Shown here one piece after another: positions 11,181-24,000 of a stretch of 64,000 bases of DNA (its first letter is position 1; each line of letters starts with the position of its first letter). The notes beneath the pieces are model-generated. The model had not been told where the DNA came from. It did not search any database and saw only the letters and a list, made by a program, of their open reading frames with translations. The stretch is from Azolla caroliniana. Taxonomy: Eukaryota > Plantae > Polypodiophyta. The translations under genes and the position numbers were made by a program. The stretch is from the NCBI GenBank assembly GCA_043228905.1, contig JBHGNT010000001.1, positions 22,010,001-22,074,000 on the forward strand, read 5' to 3'.

Positions 11181-14100
11181 TCAACACTCCCCCTCAAGCT
11201 CAACCTGAGGTAGGGTCGTAGTGTCAACCTCTGTGGCAGCTGGTTCTTCCAACCGACTTCTCCTGGTGTCGCTTCGCCTTGCTCGCGCTCCTTGTCCAGT
11301 CCGGTCCAGTTTGCCGCGACCCCTTTGGTTCTGTGTGCCTCGACCTTCGGCATGTCTGCTCAATAGGCCCATCTCAGCTCCTTCGCTGCTATGACTCTGG
11401 CGCTTGCCGATCCGTCGGTTCCACCGCGATGGCATCGACTTTCGCTGCGTCCGTGTCTCCTTGGCCTCTAGTTGATCCGACTCATGCGGATCCGTCTGTT
11501 GATCCGAATCGGCTGTTTCCGACTCGTTCCAACTCTTGTCCAAATCGGTATCCTCCGATTCGATTTCCGGCTTCAAGCCTCTCACCACATCGGACCACGT
11601 ACGAGTCTTGGCCTTCTCCGTTCTTCCCTTGGCTTCTTCAGCCGGTTCACCGACTTGTTCGGATGTGCCGACTTCCTTCGTCGACTCGGCTTCATTTTCC
11701 TTCTTGTCTCCACCTCTACAGGTTCTTCTCTTACCTACGGGTTCAACAGTTTTTTTTCCTTGGCCCGTTTCGGTAGTGTCTTTGCCCTTGCGTCTCCCCC
11801 TCAAGTGCGGCACGTTGTCGTGCCTTTCGGCGCCAGATCGTTGCGTGAGTCGGGTGGGAACCACTGAGGTTTTGGACTAGGAGAAAGAAAAATACAAATA
11901 AGGCTAGTAAAGAATAGGTATAAAGAGTTATAAGATAAGAATCTCGTGAATCCCATGAGTTTAGTATATTTAGTCAATATTTAGGTAGTAAGAGAGAATT
12001 ATTTTAGCAAATTCGTGAATCCCACGAATATTTTAGATTGATTGGTCATTATAGAAAAATAATCAACAAAAAGTACAATGTGCTCCCCATCCTTATATAG
12101 TGATGGGAGAGACTAAGCATAGCTACATGCTTTTTCTAATATGTTCATGCACACTAAATGTGCATGTGATGCTTTTCTAATCCTTGCTTTTATTTGCTAA
12201 ATATAGTGCTCATGCACGGTAGATGTGCATGAGTCACTTTTTAGTTGTTTGCGTTTTTCTATAAAATATTCACGCACTCTAAAAATGCATGATTTACCTT
12301 TTAATAAAGGTAGGCGCAAATAAAGCACTTATAGTTATTAAATCTATTTATAAAACATTAAAGATAAGGTAGCATAATGGTAAAGTTGAGGTTTGGTTAC
12401 GTGGAGGTACAAGGTTCGAATCTTGCCCTATGCACATGATAAATGTTTTGATATTATTTTATTTATTTATATGTAATTAAATCGGTTATATTATTTTTAC
12501 TTTTTCACGTAGTGTACGAAATACACTACGATAACGTCGAGATGCTGAACACCAAGCATTTCGGTAAAGTGCTACAACTTGTCCGACCCGAGCGGCTTGG
12601 TGAAGATGTCGGCAACTTGCCGATCCGTGTGAACATACCGTAGTTCAACTTCACCACTCAGGACCCGCTCACGCACGAAGTGATAATGTACTTCTATGTG
12701 CTTTGTGTGAGCATGGAACACAGGGTTCTTGGTGAGTTGTATGCTGCTGAGGTTCTCGTAGTAGATCAGGATCGGGGTCGGTACCTCGATCCGCAGGTCT
12801 TGCAGTAGCCGCCGAAGCCAAATGGCTTCACAGGTGGCAATGGTCGCGCCCCGGTATTCAGCCTCAGTGCTGGATAGAGCCACTGTTGAGGCAACAACCA
12901 CGCTCCCAAGAGAAAACATAAAGCCGGAAGTTGAGCAACGATCCGTTGCATCGCCAGCCCAGTCGGCATCCATGTAGCCGACAAGCTCTTCGGTTATACC
13001 TTGCCGGTATAAGAGCCCCCAGTCCTTAGTACCGCTTACATACCTCAGTATTCGTTGCGCGCACTAAAGGTGTTCCACGGTCGGCTTCTACATGAATTGG
13101 CTTACCACTGCGACCGGATAGCTAATGTCGGCTCGGGTGATGGTCAAGTAGATCAGGCTTCTGACTATTTGTCGGAACCGTTTCTCATCGCAAGCTGGTC
13201 CGGAGTTGGGACGGATCTTCTGATTCCGGTCCAGGGGTGTGGAGACAGGTCGGCATTCCGTCATGCCGAACTTGTAAAGTATATTCAACACATAATGGCG
13301 TTGAGAAAGCAATATGCCGTCGGGGGTGCGGATCAACTCGATTCCCAAAAAATAATGAAGGTCCCCCAAGTCCTTCATATCGAATGCGTCCGACAACTGG
13401 GACTTGACGTGGTTGATTTCCGGAAGACTTGGGCCTATGATGACTAACTCATCAACATAGAGTAAGATACATATCGGACCGTTTGAGCCTTGACGGATGA
13501 ACAGGGAAGAGTCCGACTTAGAGGCAACAAACCCCATCTTTCGCAACTGGTGCGTGATCTTAGCATTACAAGCACGGGGGGCTTGCTTCAAGCTGTACAA
13601 CCACTTCCTCAACCGGCATACCGACGACTTGTTCATCTCCGATTGAAATCCGGGGGCTGAGTCATAAAGACTTCTTCTTCAAGATCTCCTTAAAGGAAGG
13701 CATTCTTCACATCCATCTGATGAAGATGCCACCCCCTTGCCGTAGCAACTGCCAGTACCACACGAACCGTCGTCATCTTCGCTACAGGAGCGAAGGTCTC
13801 ATCGTAGTCGATTCCGTAGGTCTGCGCATATCCCTTCGCCACTAACCGGGCCTTGTACCGGTTAATTGTACCTTCGGCATTGTACTTTACCTTATACACC
13901 CACTTGCATCCGATCGGTTTACAATGACGGGGAGGGTCAACCAGGTCCCAAGTTCCGTTGGCATCCAGTGCCCGCATTTCTTCCTCCATAGCGGCACGCC
14001 AATTTGCGTCCTTTGCCGCTTCTGCGTAGCTCTCCGACTCACGCACTTCTGCGACCTTGGTCATGTACGCATAATAATGCACCATGTACTCGTTATACCC

Positions 14101-16797
14101 GTACCGTTTAACGGGATCCTTCTGGCGGGTGGACCGGCATAACTCACGATTACCCGGTATGAGACCCTTCTTGGTCGGTTCGGTCTTCGTTCCCGAAGAT
14201 CCGCCTATGTCCTTGCCGAAGTCAGATACGCACCGATCCGACTCATCATTACCGGTCTCGAATTCCGGCATCTTCTGCTTCCCCTTCTCTTTGCGTGTGA
14301 ACCGTCTCCTCGGTTCCTTGCGCGGGGAGAGCACAACAAAGTCTCCACTACTCGCCGTCTCATCATCCGACTGGTTGGACTGATCCAGTCTCTCATTCGG
14401 TCCGCTTAACCGGAACGATTCCGGACTCTCATCTAGAGTCCCGGCTTCATCTTTCTCTACCTAGGCCGGTTCGGGCTCACTAACCCCATCCTCCGACATC
14501 GGATCGGGATCGGAAGTCGGAGTTGGTAAGGAATACGACGATGCTGATTCATCAAACTCGACATCTCGGCTGACTCGGACATGCTTCGTCCGGGGGTTAT
14601 AACACTTATACCCCTTTTGCTCTTGAGCATAGCCGATTGGGATGCATTTTTCCGATTTTGCATTCATCTTTCTCCGCTTCTCATCCGGCACATGTACATA
14701 GGCTATGCTGCCGAATATCCGGAGGTGTCTCAAATTCGGCTTGCGCCTGAAATACAGCTCGTGAGCTGACACCTTGTCCCCGATCCGGTTCTGGATGTAA
14801 ACGGCCGTTTGGACCGCCTCCGCCCAGTAGAACTTGGGCATGCTCTTTTCCTCTAGCATTGCTCTAGCCGCGTCAATCAGCGACCGATTCTTCCTTTCGG
14901 CCACACCGTTCTGTTGCGGTGTGTATCTGCAGCTGAATTCTCGTCGAATTCCTTTTTGTTGCAGATAGCTGTTGAATTGGCCGGAAAAGTACTCTTTTCC
15001 GCCGTCCGACCGTAGGCATTTGATCTTCCTCTCCGATTCCCGTTCCACCATCTTCTAGAGGCTCCAGAAACACTGGAAGACTTCGCTCTTCCGCTCAATG
15101 AGGTAGATCCACGTATGCCGCATGTAGTCGTCGATGAAGGAGACTAAATATCGACTCCCGCCAATGCTAACATTTTGTGTCGGTCCCCACACATCCGAAT
15201 GGATAAGATCAAGCTTGTTACGGCTTCGATTTCTTTCTGTGGGGAATGGAAGCCGGTGTTGCTTCCCGAGTTGGCAGGCTTCACAAATCTGGGCTCTCCG
15301 GCCGCTAAACTTCGGCAAACCGAAAACGACTTGTTCTATTTGCAGGTCTTGAAGCCTCTGGTAGTTGACGTGGCCGATCCACTTGTGCCACAGGTCGATA
15401 TCCGACTCAACCTTCTACCCTTTGGCGAACAGTGCGGTGCCGATGTCATTGGTGTTGAGGATAAACATCCTCCCATCTCTGCGCCGTTGCGCAATAACTT
15501 CGCCCTCATCCTCAATGAAGCACCCGAGGTGCGTAAACTACACCTGCATCCCTTGGTCAATGATCTGTCCGACCGACACCAGGTTCTTCGTGATCGTCGG
15601 AACATGTAATACATTCATCAGCTTCCCCCTCTGTCCGATGTGGCTCAAAGGGACTTCTCCGACGTGCACGATCGGGTGGGGAGGGTCGTCTCCGGTTTCG
15701 ACAACTCCCGGTTGGTCCGACTTCTCCAAAAAGGAGAACCATTCCCCGTGGCTCGTCATGTGGTTCGATGCGCCGGAGTCAACGTACCACACTTCCTCCG
15801 ATTTGGAAGTGATCTTCTTCATTGAGTTTGCCTTGTGCTTCATCACCAAGGCTAGCCCCTTACCGTTCTTGGATCCTCCCGATCCGTTTGTGTAGTGCGA
15901 GCTTTGCCGGCCTTCCTTACCGGTCTTGCTGGATCCGGATTTGTCCGAATCGGCACGCTTTCTCCAGCAGTCGCTTTTCCTGTGGCCCTTTTTACCACAG
16001 TACCAGCATTCCGTAGCGGATTTCTCTTGCCGGCCTCCGGCACCACCTTGACTCCCTATGCTTGTGGAATTCCCGGAACTGTTGTCGGCATGCTCACTGT
16101 GCCTTCATTCCTGCTCTTGCCGGCCGCCTCCATAGCGTGCCGACCTGCCTCGTCCACCATGCTCGTGGGACCGATCCGCTCCTGTGTACAACATCCGGTT
16201 GTCTAGGGATGCACTGGTAGATGCACCGGCGTGGTTCTCCTCTACAAGGAGCATCGACTGTAAGTCGAAAAAAGAGGGCGTATTCTCCCTTGTACAAACC
16301 GCAGTCCGGAAAGCTCCAAACTTGGACGCCAGGCCTCCAAGACAGACCTGCACCATCTCGTCTTCCTCTACGGTGACGTTAATAGACGCAAGCGAGTCAC
16401 AGATCCCTTTGATCCGGGCTGTGTAATCTGCCACCGACATGTTCTTCTGTCGAACATTGCTCAACTCCTGTATGAGTTGCAGCTTCCGGGCAATGGTGCT
16501 TGCAGCGAAGACCTTTTTCAAGTTTCCCCAAGCATCCTTCGATGTCTTGGCGTCACGGATATGGCTGAGCAACTGGTCACCGACACTGGACGCGAAGCAA
16601 TACATCACCCTGCTTGCCGCATGTTCGCACACTAGGAAGTCCTTGTGTGTCGTTTCCGGTGCTGAGTCGTTCACTCCGTCAACATAACTCCAGTAGCCAT
16701 GCCCAAGCAGGTAGTGGTGCATCTTGTATGACCAAGATGCGTAGTTGGTTCTGTCGAGCTTCTCCACCGGGAGCGACGTAGCCATACCTCTGTCCAT
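11181..16797 (-). pseudogene. gag-pol: B1 gag-pol with a C-terminal extension, interrupted by a solo LTR
   Basis: gag KLDRTNYASWSYKM, CWYCGKKGH knuckle, WYVDSGAS, IHSDVWGP, YVDE, DADWAG, ADIFTKPL; frame runs on to VELEGEC*. Confidence 0.9.
11816..12533 (-). mobile_element. Solo LTR, probably related to gypsy D, with a 4-bp TSD
   Basis: TSD ACGT (11812-11815, 12534-12537); terminus TGTCGTG shared with the D LTR at 46472; TATA on minus at ~12095; excision restores the B1 frame. Confidence 0.75.
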
Positions 16798-16892
16798 TTC
16801 TCCTTTTGTGTCTGTTTTCCGATCTGTTAGGGTTTCCTTCACAAGCGTAGATGTCTGCAGCAGAGGTTCTCAACCCACACGCTCTAATACCA

Positions 16893-17323
16893 TGTGAAAG
16901 ATTGCTTGCAGAAGCGTTAGAAAGAATAGTACAGAGAGAGAGAGAGAGTACGCAGGAGAGACAGAGAGAGAGAGAGAGAGCACACTATTTTTTTAAAATT
17001 ATATCAATACTCTATACTCTGTATATTTTGTATCTACAATGCGCTCATCGGCGCTATTTATACAAGTCCACACGGGACTGTTAGAAGTACGGTGTACTTC
17101 AATGCTCACACGAGCGTCTGACACTAACTACGAGACTATAACTGCCTAGTAGTCTAACCTATACTAGGCTTCCAGTTACGGATTGGATCCAGCATACTGG
17201 CTCCCTAGCTCACCGGTCCTTACTACTTATCGGCTCGGTTGCTCACCGGCATACCGATTCATCTCGCTTATCGGCTCAGGCTTATTCAGCCGATCCGGCT
17301 CGGGTTGAGCTTGCCGCTCAACA
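16893..17323 (-). repeat. 5' LTR of copia B1
   Basis: Matches 5424-5757 plus 11082-11186; TG...CA ends; adjacent PBS. Confidence 0.95.
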
Positions 17324-19249
17324 CAAATCTTCCATGGCCTCTTCCTCGGCCTCTTCTAGCACTATTGTAGAGGGCTTGCCCCTTAGTCGTAGAGTTTCCT
17401 TTGCTTACATTATCCATCTAATTTCTTTCTTGAAATTGTGTTGATGCCCTTCAGGTTTAAAAATTCCTCGCATGCCCCTCTCTTTTTTCTTCTTGATGCT
17501 CTCAAGTTTGTGAAATTACCGTATGCCCCTCTCTTCTTCTTCGTCTCTTTTTTTGTTTCTTTCTTTTTCTTTTCCTATTTCTGTCCAGAAGGAGTAGAGA
17601 AGGCTAGGAAATCTAATGGTTGCCCTTGAGTTTTTGAAATTGTGTCGATGCCCTTCACGTTTTAAAATTCCTCGCAGGCCCCTCTCTTTTATCTTCTTGT
17701 TGCCCTCATGTTTGTGAAATTACCGTATGCCCCTCTCTTCTTCTTCCTCTCTTTTTCTGTTTCTTTCTTTTTCTTTTCCCTCTTCCTATCTCAGCAGGAG
17801 TAGAGAAAGCTATTATTTCCTTTCTTTGCCTCCGTTTTCGGCCTGTGTAATTCTACACATTTCCCAGCGAGTGGATTCAGAAAATACATCACATTCTACA
17901 CATTCTCTCTCCCACCAATTTCTGTCTCTATTCCGTTGTGTCTCTGTCTTCGTCTTCGCCACTCATAGCATCTTTTATTTTATTGCTTGCCTCTACCTTC
18001 CTCTTCTACCTCCAATGTTTGGGTGTCTATGTCTCTGTCTTCCTCCATCTTTTTCTGTCTATCTGAGTCATTCATGCGAAGGGGGTTTGTGTCGATGGCC
18101 ACATCTTGAAATGTGGCCAACCTTTCCTACCGAACACTGATCCCATGGACATATAACCCTCTAACATTGCTTTTTCTCCCTCATCTTTAAATCCTTTAGT
18201 ATTTGTATCATGTCCATTCGATGATGAGGAGATACTTAATAGAACCTGATCCCCATCAAGTTTGGACTTGTATTGAAAGTGCATCTTCTTTCTCTATAGT
18301 TTTCTCTGAATTCTTATTGTTCTAGACAAGCGCAGATGCCCTTAGCAAACTTAAGGGGGGATTGTATGTGAATGCAGATTGAGGCAGTAAATTATCACAA
18401 ACATTATCCAACTCAACTGCATAACCACCATCATGGCCCTGTAATATCACCGGTAACTGGTTGTTGTTTGTATATCCTGTATATGCAGCACCGTATTGCT
18501 CAGGCGAAGCCATTTATTAGAAATTGGAAGCATACACAGGTACACAGCCATTGGGTTGGGGTACGTAAGGTATTCCTGTGGGTATATTACACCCATACGG
18601 AAGTTGAATATGTACATAATTGTAATCTACAACATGCAAATTTTGGTAGTATACCCCATTTGTAGGAGTGTAAGGAACAAAAGAAACCATGCCCGGAGGA
18701 GGATAACTTATATATACAAGCATAGAAGGATCACTGATGACAACAAAAGAAACATTAGAACATGAGCTCTGATACCAACTATTAGAGATATGATCTAATA
18801 TAAGCGTATGGTATGCACCTCCATAGAAGAATTCAATTGATCCAATCCTTCTATGGAGAAGCCTTTTCTCTCGTTTGAACAAGTTATGGTTTCCCTCGGG
18901 GATATCCGCCATATTCATTGATTGACTACAGGATGAATCTGGCCAGTCTCCTCCCCCTGCGGGAGTTTCTTGTCTTCTTTTGTAACCTCATCTATCTATT
19001 CTATCTCACAGTATGAAGCAAGATCAAGCTTATGTTCCTTCACATTCAGTTTTTGATCTGCATTTTGCTCTAAAAGATGGCCATCGCTGTCTCTATCTTT
19101 ATGGAGATTATATAAGAAGGTACAAATCTCGGAATGAAGAAGAAGAGAGTGAGGATAAAAGCAGGTCTTCCAAAAAACACACGCAAAGAATAGGTGAAAG
19201 GACGGAAGGACAGAAGGAAGAGAAACACTAGAGATGATGAAAACCTAAT
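17324..19249 (-). mobile_element. 5' part of copia A: gag tail, atypical leader, PBS and partial 5' LTR
   Basis: GQALYNSARRGRGRG reads across the B1 TSD; PBS TGGTATCAGAGC 18766-18777; LTR edge at 18780; right boundary uncertain. Confidence 0.6.
17430..17810. repeat. Degenerate ~204-bp tandem duplication
   Basis: TTGAAATTGTGTYGATGCCCTTCA.. at 17430 and 17634. Confidence 0.8.
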
Positions 19250-19416
19250 TGTTGAGATCAAAGCCGGCCACAATCGGTTTATACTCCAGTGTATGTATGT
19301 ATGCGGGTGCAAAGATTTAAACGAACAGAATAAAAATAGAAAGCAAAAGTATAACTGCTACGAGACACAATATGTTTTACGTGGAGACATAAGAAGAAGA
19401 AGAAGAAGAGGACGCG

Positions 19417-21057
19417 ATGAACACAGTCGCGCTCTGCCGCCCACATCGCCAACGCAGCCGGATCATCTCTCGTTGGATATGCCTCGATTGTTGGTCACAT
19501 ACCTGTCGGCTTTCTAGTCTCTGTTCCTGTGCCTGCCATAGTAGCTAAGAACAGATCCGTGGTTGCTGAAATCAAGGCATCGCCTGCGGCTGAATCCTCT
19601 ATTGCTTCAACCTTCATTGCCACATCCGCCAATCAAGAGCACTTTCCACGTCATCGCGAACAATTTGACCAGGGCTCCCGTGTAGCTAACCTGGATATTC
19701 CACCCATTTCGGACAGCACAATAGAGCTCACGTTGTCGGAACAAGATCGAACACAGATTGTGCAAGAGATTCAGCATTTAGAAAAGAAGACTGTCATTGC
19801 GCAAGTTTTGGGTCATCATCCGACACGAGCTGATCTCCGTTTGTTCCTTCAAGCCGCTTTGAAACAGGACCTTGACAACATTATAGATGTACAGATACTT
19901 GGCAGGAATTACTACCAGTTAGAGTTCGAGTCGGAACGGATGACACCAGTTTTGTTGGAGAAGAAAGCAGTAGCAATCAAGGGAGGTTGGATCTCTTTTC
20001 ACAAGTGGAGTCACAACTTTTCTGCAAATCAGGTGCATCATGATTTTGATTCATATCAAACATGTGTGGTTGTTTTTCCAATTTTAAGAAAAGAATGGTT
20101 ACCTTCAATGCATGTGATTGCTAGCACTATTGGTACGGTTCTAGAAATTTATGAAAGACCACGCCGGATCGAAGATAAGTCTTTAGGGGCTGCATCTGCT
20201 AAGCTTTTGATTTCTAAGTCTACAAGGCTGCCCTCAAACATTTTGCTACCCAATCTACTTGATCCTCTACAGGCCCCTCAAAAATCTTATATAGAGGTTT
20301 GCCGAACCAGTGTTTCCGTTGTTTTGGGTTTGGCCATTTGGCAAAGTATTGCCCGAAATTTAAGGAAGACATTAACAAACATACACCTAGTACAACTATA
20401 GTTCCATATTAGAATAAAATTGAGGGTAGGACCACAATGGAGCATAAGAAGACACCGAAGACACATCCACGTATATCTCTAAATAAACTTACACAAGTGC
20501 CAATAAACAATATGCAAGACTTCCCTCCCTTGCAGAATACATGTAATGCTCTCCAAATGGAAGAGGAAAGTTTAGAAGAACTGAATAATGGGGGTCACTT
20601 ATCATTCCATCCTCCTCAAAAACTCAAGTCAGACTCTTCGTCACAAAAGATAGTTCAACATTCTATTCAGTTTGATACATCCTTTCCAAAGTTGGTGGTA
20701 GGGCAACCACCAATAAAAATAGCTGAGAATCAACAACCTTTGGTTATGTCTACTAATTTGGATATCTCCAATAAGCTTAAAGAAAACGTTGCCTCTAATC
20801 TACAAATGGATTTGGATAAGTCTAAAGGACAACCAAGGGATATAGAAATGAACCAAGAGCACAATCATGCTGGATTTCAATTTACACAAGATCCTTTGGT
20901 AATCCAAAATCCTAAAAAGGTGGTCAAGGAACATAGGATGCATAAGTATGCAAGGAAGGATTTGCTCTTGAGAAGACAAATGAGAGCTCAAGAGGGAGCC
21001 AAGAAAGGACGCCAGGATGCTCTTCTTGAGAAAAGGACATCACTAACCCCTATATAA
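19417..21057 (+). pseudogene. LINE ORF1 (DUF4283-like region plus CCHC knuckle), disrupted
   Basis: ILGRNYYQLEF, FHKWS, IASTIGTVL; CFRCFGFGHLAKYC at ~20310; start approximate. Confidence 0.8.
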
Positions 21058-21058
21058 T

Positions 21059-24000
21059 ATGGATGCCCTACATCTTCTTTCTTGGAATGTGCAAGGTCTA
21101 GGTGGTTAGGCTTTTCGCAGATTTAATGGACTCGTACGTTCCGATTTAGGTATTTCTAGTATTGGCATCATAGATATCCTCTTTTTGCTAGAGCATCACC
21201 TGTGCAGAGATAGGATTCAAAAGTATGGATCCATTTTACCAGGACGGTGGACTCATTTTTGGGTTCTTGCCTTTGGCCCAAATAGCCGTCAGGCTGGATT
21301 ATGTATAGCTCTTAGACAACACTTGCGATCTATTATCTTGTCAGCAGGCACTGTTATGAATAAACGAGCACAATTTCTTATCATAAAAATAGGGTCTCAG
21401 AAGGTTGGCCTAATGAATATCTATGCTCCTAACTCCGCGTCAGCGAGGGCGAGTTTTTGGCCGTCTCTTGTGGAATACGTGGGGCTAGCAGATTGTTGGT
21501 TAGTGGGAGGCGATTTTAATATGATCGAAGAGGCCTCTGATAGAATAGGAGGTACAACTACTACAATTTCAGGTTGGGAAGCTAAGTGTTGGGATTCCTT
21601 CTCTTTTGCTTTTGGTCTGCTTGACTTATGGAAAGTGCAATCTTTCTCACGTATACAAGGGTCCCTACATTTTTCTAGATCCGATGGGAGTGTGGTTAGT
21701 GCTACTTTGTCTTGACTAGATAGATTTTATGCTAGCAGTTTCTTTTGGGATGCAGGGGGATCCGTTGGCATTATTCTCGGATCAACGATATCTGACCATG
21801 ACCCTCTAAAGTTAAATGTTACATTTTATAAGAAGACATACTCTAAGTTGTGGCGTATTCCTCCGTCTTTACTATCTGATGACAGCCATCGGATGTCAAT
21901 TGTTCAAATATGGTCAAAATACAACTGGACAGATGATTGTTTGATTCTTTGTAATATGGTGGATGCCATACTTGATACACATAATTTCTTCATGAATATA
22001 GTCTCTGCTTCGGTGTATCGCTGCAATTCAGAAATTGCTAATTTGCGGCGTGCTCTTGCAGCATTAAAAAACCTATTGGAAAGGTATCCAACTTCATCCA
22101 TGCTACTTTCTGATTGGCAGCAGGTAAAAAGAAGTTTAAAAGAAAAGCAACAGGCACATTCGACATTCTTCTTTTATTGTAATGTTGCTCACTAGTCACA
22201 AAAGCAAGATCGAGTTAATAAAGAATTTTTCAATCAATTCAAACTAAAACATAAACCTGTTTCTATTACCTCCTTGAAACGGCTTGATGGATCATATACA
22301 TCAGATGAATCCGAGATGCGAGGTATAGTCTCAGATTACTATCAGCAATTGTTGTCTGCTACAACTTTTACAACAGATAGTCTTTATAAGAAACAAGATA
22401 TACTTGCAACTATTCAGCAGAAGATCACTAATGAAATGGCATCTCATTTAATACAACCATTTACGTTCCAAGAGGTGTTATTTGCAACTAAATCCTTGGG
22501 TAAGGATGTCTGTCCAGGAAAAGACGGAATAGGAGTTGGCTTCTACCTACATTATTGGGATCTTCTTGGCCTTACCCTCACCAAAGCGACTAATCTAATT
22601 TTTTCAACGGGAGCTATGCCGGTGAAATGGAAGGAAGGAATAATATACATGATTCCTAAGTCTAATGTGCAATGTGATGTAGTTTCTAAGTGGCGGCCAA
22701 TAACACTGCTCAATGATATTTATAAGATTGTGGCAAAAACAATTGCCTTTAGATTACGATCTATGTTGCCATCTATTATTCATGATACGCAGTCTGGTTT
22801 GTTACAAGATAGAAGCATTTTCGATAATATCTTTTTGTTCTGGGAAATGGTTGCACTAGCTCAACAAAATAAGCAACAAATGGCAGTTTTACTATTGGAC
22901 TTTGAAAAAGCCTATGATAAAGTAGATTGGGACTTTCTTGAGGCAGTGTTGTCAAGATTAGGCTTTCCTACTGCATGGATAAATGGTGTTTCGACCTTAT
23001 ATAGGCAGGCCTCTAGCTCAGTTTTGTTTGCTGGAGGTTATAGGCCAATTTTCCGATTTCCAGGTCGGTTAGGCAAGGATGTTCTCTTGCCCCTTCTCTT
23101 TTTATCTTTTATGGGGAAGCTCTAGCTTCATACATAAGATCTTCTTCAGCTTGTATAAAAGGTATAGCATTACCTATTGCACAGTCTGTTGTATTGGATG
23201 TTGAGTTTGCAGATGATACGACCCTCTATGTTGATGGGGAGATTGGTAATCTCGGGCAGGTACAAAATGCTTTGCAGAATTTCCCAGAAGCTACAGGTTC
23301 CTCTCTTAATTGGAATAAGTCGGTAGGGTTATGGGTGGGTACAGAGCCTCATCCTTTTTGGTATCCAGGTTCTACTTTCTACTGGCTTAACCAAGGTGAA
23401 CTTGTTCGGTATTTGGGATGCCTAGTTGGTATAGATTTAAAATCAGAAGCTATGTTATCCCCGATGCTATTATCAATAAAGCATAAACTTTTATATTGGG
23501 ATGTCCAACAATTGTCCTTTGGAGGTCGGGTTGTAGTAGCAATTTCAATACTTTTGGCCTCGATGTGGTTTATAGCTTCTATTTGGTTATTTTCAAGGTC
23601 AGCAATAATGAAAGTACAAAGCTTGATTCGTAATTTCCTCTAGGGAGGAAAAAATGGATCTCGAACAATAGCCAAAGTTGTTTGGAAGGTGCTGATTCAA
23701 CCTAAAATCCATGGAGGGTTGGGTTTGATAGATCCTTTGATGCAGTCAAGAGCCCTCTTGGTTAAGTTTGTGATTCGAGGATTGTTACTAGGGTCAGAAG
23801 CCTGGAAAGGAATTTTTCTAAAGCAGCTAATGAAGTTAAGTCCTAGGACGGGGGGAAATTGGTCTCCCTCTCTAAAATGGTTGTTCTTGAATGACGTAAA
23901 GCGGGATCTACCTTCTAACCATTTTTTGTTAGGAATCATAAGGGCATGGGATGGGATCAAGTCATTTCTAGTTAAGGAGAAGCCTTCGACTTGGGATGCA

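Larger units (their letters stand above)
5424..17323 (-). mobile_element. Ty1/copia family B, full-length copy B1, nested in copia A
   Basis: TSD CAAAT (5419-5423, 17324-17328); 5' LTR 16893-17323; 3' LTR 5424-11186 split by an insertion; PBS TGGTATTAGAGC 16881-16892; PPT 11187-11197. Confidence 0.95.

Noticed and set aside
12365-12435. Functional tRNA gene (also at 1636, 32372, 37177)
   Set aside because: Acceptor and anticodon stems do not pair; only the promoter boxes and spacing remain
11816-12533. Helitron (CTAG at 11877, hairpin at 12508)
   Set aside because: The hairpin and CTAG are at opposite ends; the 4-bp TSD and TG..(C/T)A ends fit a solo LTR
18517-18918. Host gene exon
   Set aside because: The ORF runs through an LTR edge and PBS, with no splice or homology evidence; kept only as an atypical leader
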